Part shown: one piece after another, positions 61,105 through 64,000 of the stretch | Layout: every line of letters begins with the position of its first letter | How positions within the stretch are numbered: the first letter of the stretch is position 1 | Origin: Sphyrna mokarran | Taxonomy: Eukaryota | Direction of reading: 5' to 3' | DNA: 64,000 nt | Assembly (NCBI GenBank): GCA_024679065.1 | Contig: JAGIQG010000019.1 | Location: forward strand, 16,492,001-16,556,000 | Translations under genes and position numbers: made by a program | The notes under the pieces: generated by a model | Told to the model about the DNA's origin: nothing | Seen by the model: only the letters and a program-made list of their open reading frames with translations | Databases searched by the model: none

Positions 61105-61535
61105 GGGCAGTGGCATAGTGGTATTGTCACTGGACTCGTAATCCAAAGACTTAAGGTAATGCTTTGGGGGCCTGGGTTCAAATCCCTCCATGGCAGATGA
61201 TGAAATTTGATTTCAATACGAAAACCAGAATTAAGAGTATAGTGATGACTATGAAATTGATTTTTATGCTGATTTTAATTAAATGAGTTTTTATGACAAC
61301 GTACTCATTCCAATTACAGGTTCTAGAAGGAATCCTGTATTGTTATTGTTATTTTTGACCACCCATCCTTTAGGGAAGAAAATTTGCCATCTTTACTTGG
61401 TCTGCCTACATGCAGTGGACTCTTAAATGACTTGCTCAGCCAATTCACAGAGCATTCAGTTCAAAAGCAATTGGGTACAGGGAAAAAACGTTAGCCCAGT
61501 TGGTGCTGCCCATGTCCTGTGAATGAATTTTAAAA
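61105..61535 (+). mobile_element. SacSINE1/DeuSINE-like element, degraded
   Basis: gtggcatagtggtattgtcactggact, gggttcaaatccc, cctttagggaagaaaatttgcc, and tail. Confidence 0.7.
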
Positions 61536-62844
61536 CATACACTAAGGTATTCCAATTATTGAAGTCCATCACAACAACGACAAGTTCCATTAATATAGAT
61601 TGAAATTCTCCAGCCATTCATGCCAGCCACCACTGCCAGTGAGAATGGAGAATTGGATGCTCAGCCAAATCTCCATCTACAAAAGCGGGACTGGAGAATC
61701 TGGCCCATAGTGTTTTTATTTAAAACACACTACATCAGAACAAAAATGATATATTGCTATAAAAGGAGACATTTTCAGGTGGCAAGTAGGAAGGCGGGAT
61801 GATGACCAGAATCTTGGTCAAAGAAATACAGACACAAATCTACCATCCCGCCTATCATGGGAATCGGAGTAAGTGAGGGGCAGACAACAGGAAGGTCTAC
61901 TGACACCTCGGACGGGATTTTATGGTCTCAGGAGCGAGACTGTAAAATGCCGCCCACAGTATAAGGGTTTAAGGAGAGCGTTAAAGGAGGACAAGAGAGG
62001 TTTTGGAAAGCAGTTCTAGAACTTGGGGTTCTGATGTCTGCAACTATGACAGGCAGTAATCGAGTGAAGCAAATGGGATTGGAGAAAAGAGAGTGGGAGG
62101 AACATAGAATTCTCGAAGGTAATTCTGTAAGGTAGCAAGAGTTGGAGAAGGATGAAGCCATGAAGGGATCTGATCACAAGGTTCAGAATTTTAAAATCAA
62201 AGTGTTTGAAGACCAGGATGAATATTCGTCAGTGAGCAGAGAAGACATGGGTAAATGGATCTTGATGCGAGTTAGGCTATCAGCAGCAGAGCTTTGTATG
62301 AGCTTAGACTTCTGGCAATTGGAAGATGGGAGACTGAACAGGAAAGGATTGAAAGAGATTAGTCAGCATGTAATGAAGACAATGATTAGGTGAAGGAAAG
62401 GTTTTCTCATTGAATTTCTGCTTCAAATGCAGTCGATAAAAACAATCATTGAACTATGTCGATTTTAAGACAAAATATTTAAATGGTGTAATACAAACAT
62501 TCTTAAATAAGAATATCTTTAATATAAAAAGCAAAAAAGATAATTTCATTGATATTATTTTCATAAATTTGTCTTTCAAAATGTCTATGGTCCTTTTCTA
62601 TTTAAGATGTGATTACATCAGAAAACGAATGGACATGATTAAATGATCCATCAAGTTGCCCTGCCAGATATGATACAGTTTAGACTAAACTCATCCAAAT
62701 TCTCTCCCCACACATCTACACAATGTCCTGGCTGGAGAAGAACAAAATTCCAAAGTAAGAGCTCAATAAATGTAATCATGGTAACATATTGAAAGAAGTG
62801 ATCTTAATCTTGACTAAACTTCACTAAATTATAATTATTAAGAA

Positions 62845-63110
62845 TGGCAATGATAACACAGTGGTTAGCACTGGTAGGGACCTAAGTTTGATTCCTGGCT
62901 TGGGTCATTGTCTGTGGAGTCTGCATGTCCTCCTTGTGTCTATATGGGTTTCCTCTGGGTGCTCCATAGACTGAAAGATGTGCTGGTTAGGTGCACTGGC
63001 CATGTTAAAATCTCCCTCAGTTTACCCAAACAAGCGCCACAGTGTTTTCACAGTGACTTCATTGCAGTGTTAACGTAAGCCTACTTGTGACACTAATAAA
63101 TTAACTTTAA
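62845..63110 (+). mobile_element. V-SINE variant with an L2-type tail
   Basis: cacagtggttagcact head; tail ttttcacagtgacttcattgcagtgttaacgtaagcctacttgtgacactaataaa. Confidence 0.78.
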
Positions 63111-63324
63111 TCCTATTTGGTCTTGGAGTGATGGTCTACAGGGGTCCCTATGAGGACTGTTGGTTAGAGCACTTAGTACATGGAGTGATCTTCTGGCCAC
63201 AATCTGTCCGTGAGCAATATATTTTCAGGGCTCTATCGTGTTAAAATGAGGGCACTGTGGGAGTGCACAAGGAAGTTAGAAGGAAAATCCAATAAAATGT
63301 AGGAAATTTGGATTGGCGGGTACA

Positions 63325-64000
63325 GAGGAGCAGTGTCAGGCAATACAACAGGACATAGATAGGTTGGTAGACTGGGCAGATAGATGGCAAATGGAATTTA
63401 ATCCGGATAAATGCGAGGTGATGCATTTTGGCCGGAAAAGTGTAGAAGAGAGTTATAGGATAAAAGGTAAAACTATACGGAGCATAGAGACGCAGAGAGA
63501 CTTGGGGGTGCAGGTTCACAAGTCTCTGAAGGTGTCCTCACAGGTGGAGAAGGTGATAAAGAAGGCGTATAGTATGTTAGCTTTCATAGAAAAGGGTATA
63601 GAATACAAGAGTAGGAGTTTGATGTTGCAGTTGTATAGAACGTTGGTTAGGCCTCACTTGGAATACTGCGTCCAGTTCTGGTCGCTGTACTATCGGAAGG
63701 ATGTGGAGTCCTTGGAGAGAGTGCAGAGGAGGTTTACCAGGATGCTGCCTGGTATGGAAGGACTGTCTTATGAGGAACGATTAAATAGACTGGGGTTGTT
63801 TTCCCTTGAAAGACGTCGGCTTAGAGGGGATCTCATAGAGGTGTATAAGATTATAAGGGGTATAGATAGAGTAAACGGAGGTAAACTTTTTCCACCTTCA
63901 GAAATGGATAGGACGAGGGGTCATGGCCTTAGGGTGAGGGGGGCTATGTATAAGACGAATATTAGAGGGCAGTTTTTCACACAAAGGGTAGTGGGGGTGT
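63325..64000 (+). mobile_element. 5'-truncated CR1 LINE running off the window end; same subfamily as 406-2223
   Basis: Apparently open frame EEQCQAIQQDIDRLVDWADRWQMEFNPDKCEVMHFG...ETQRDLGVQV...RPHLEYCVQFW...TRGHGLRVRG. Confidence 0.93.

Noticed and set aside
54150-64000. A second gene downstream of the mucin
   Set aside because: No spliceable exon with a recognisable domain was found; the ORFs there map to TE fragments or low-complexity tracts. Small exons could have been missed.

Overview
Vertebrate genomic DNA, very probably a shark or other elasmobranch, judged from HE1-type V-SINEs, SacSINE1-like SINEs and shark-type CR1 LINEs. The window holds the 3' part of a + strand gel-forming (MUC2/MUC5-family) mucin gene that the ORF track largely misses. 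The Thr/Ser-rich (PTS) domain is not one large exon. It is encoded by at least 38 symmetric phase-1 micro-exons of 48-66 nt. Most of these lie in a ~5.87-kb, 8-exon genomic tandem repeat (4 full copies plus partial flanks, 1-26.2 kb). They are followed by 13 exons (31236-53901) that splice in frame to give CysD, a Cys-rich linker, VWD, C8, TIL, VWC and a C-terminal cystine knot, then a stop codon and an AATAAA at 54144. The introns and the downstream ~10 kb are mostly TE-derived (CR1, Rex1/Babar, L2, Penelope-like, V-SINEs, Harbinger-like MITEs). Main points of interest: the cassette-exon PTS array and its nested duplication history; one micro-exon copy with a dead acceptor; fossil exons; a GDPH-to-GNDH change; a NAGNAG acceptor that toggles a cysteine; a near-perfect 3'UTR hairpin; and a probable CR1/V-SINE chimeric retroelement. 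All coordinates and translations were read by eye, and TE family names come from recall, not database searches.
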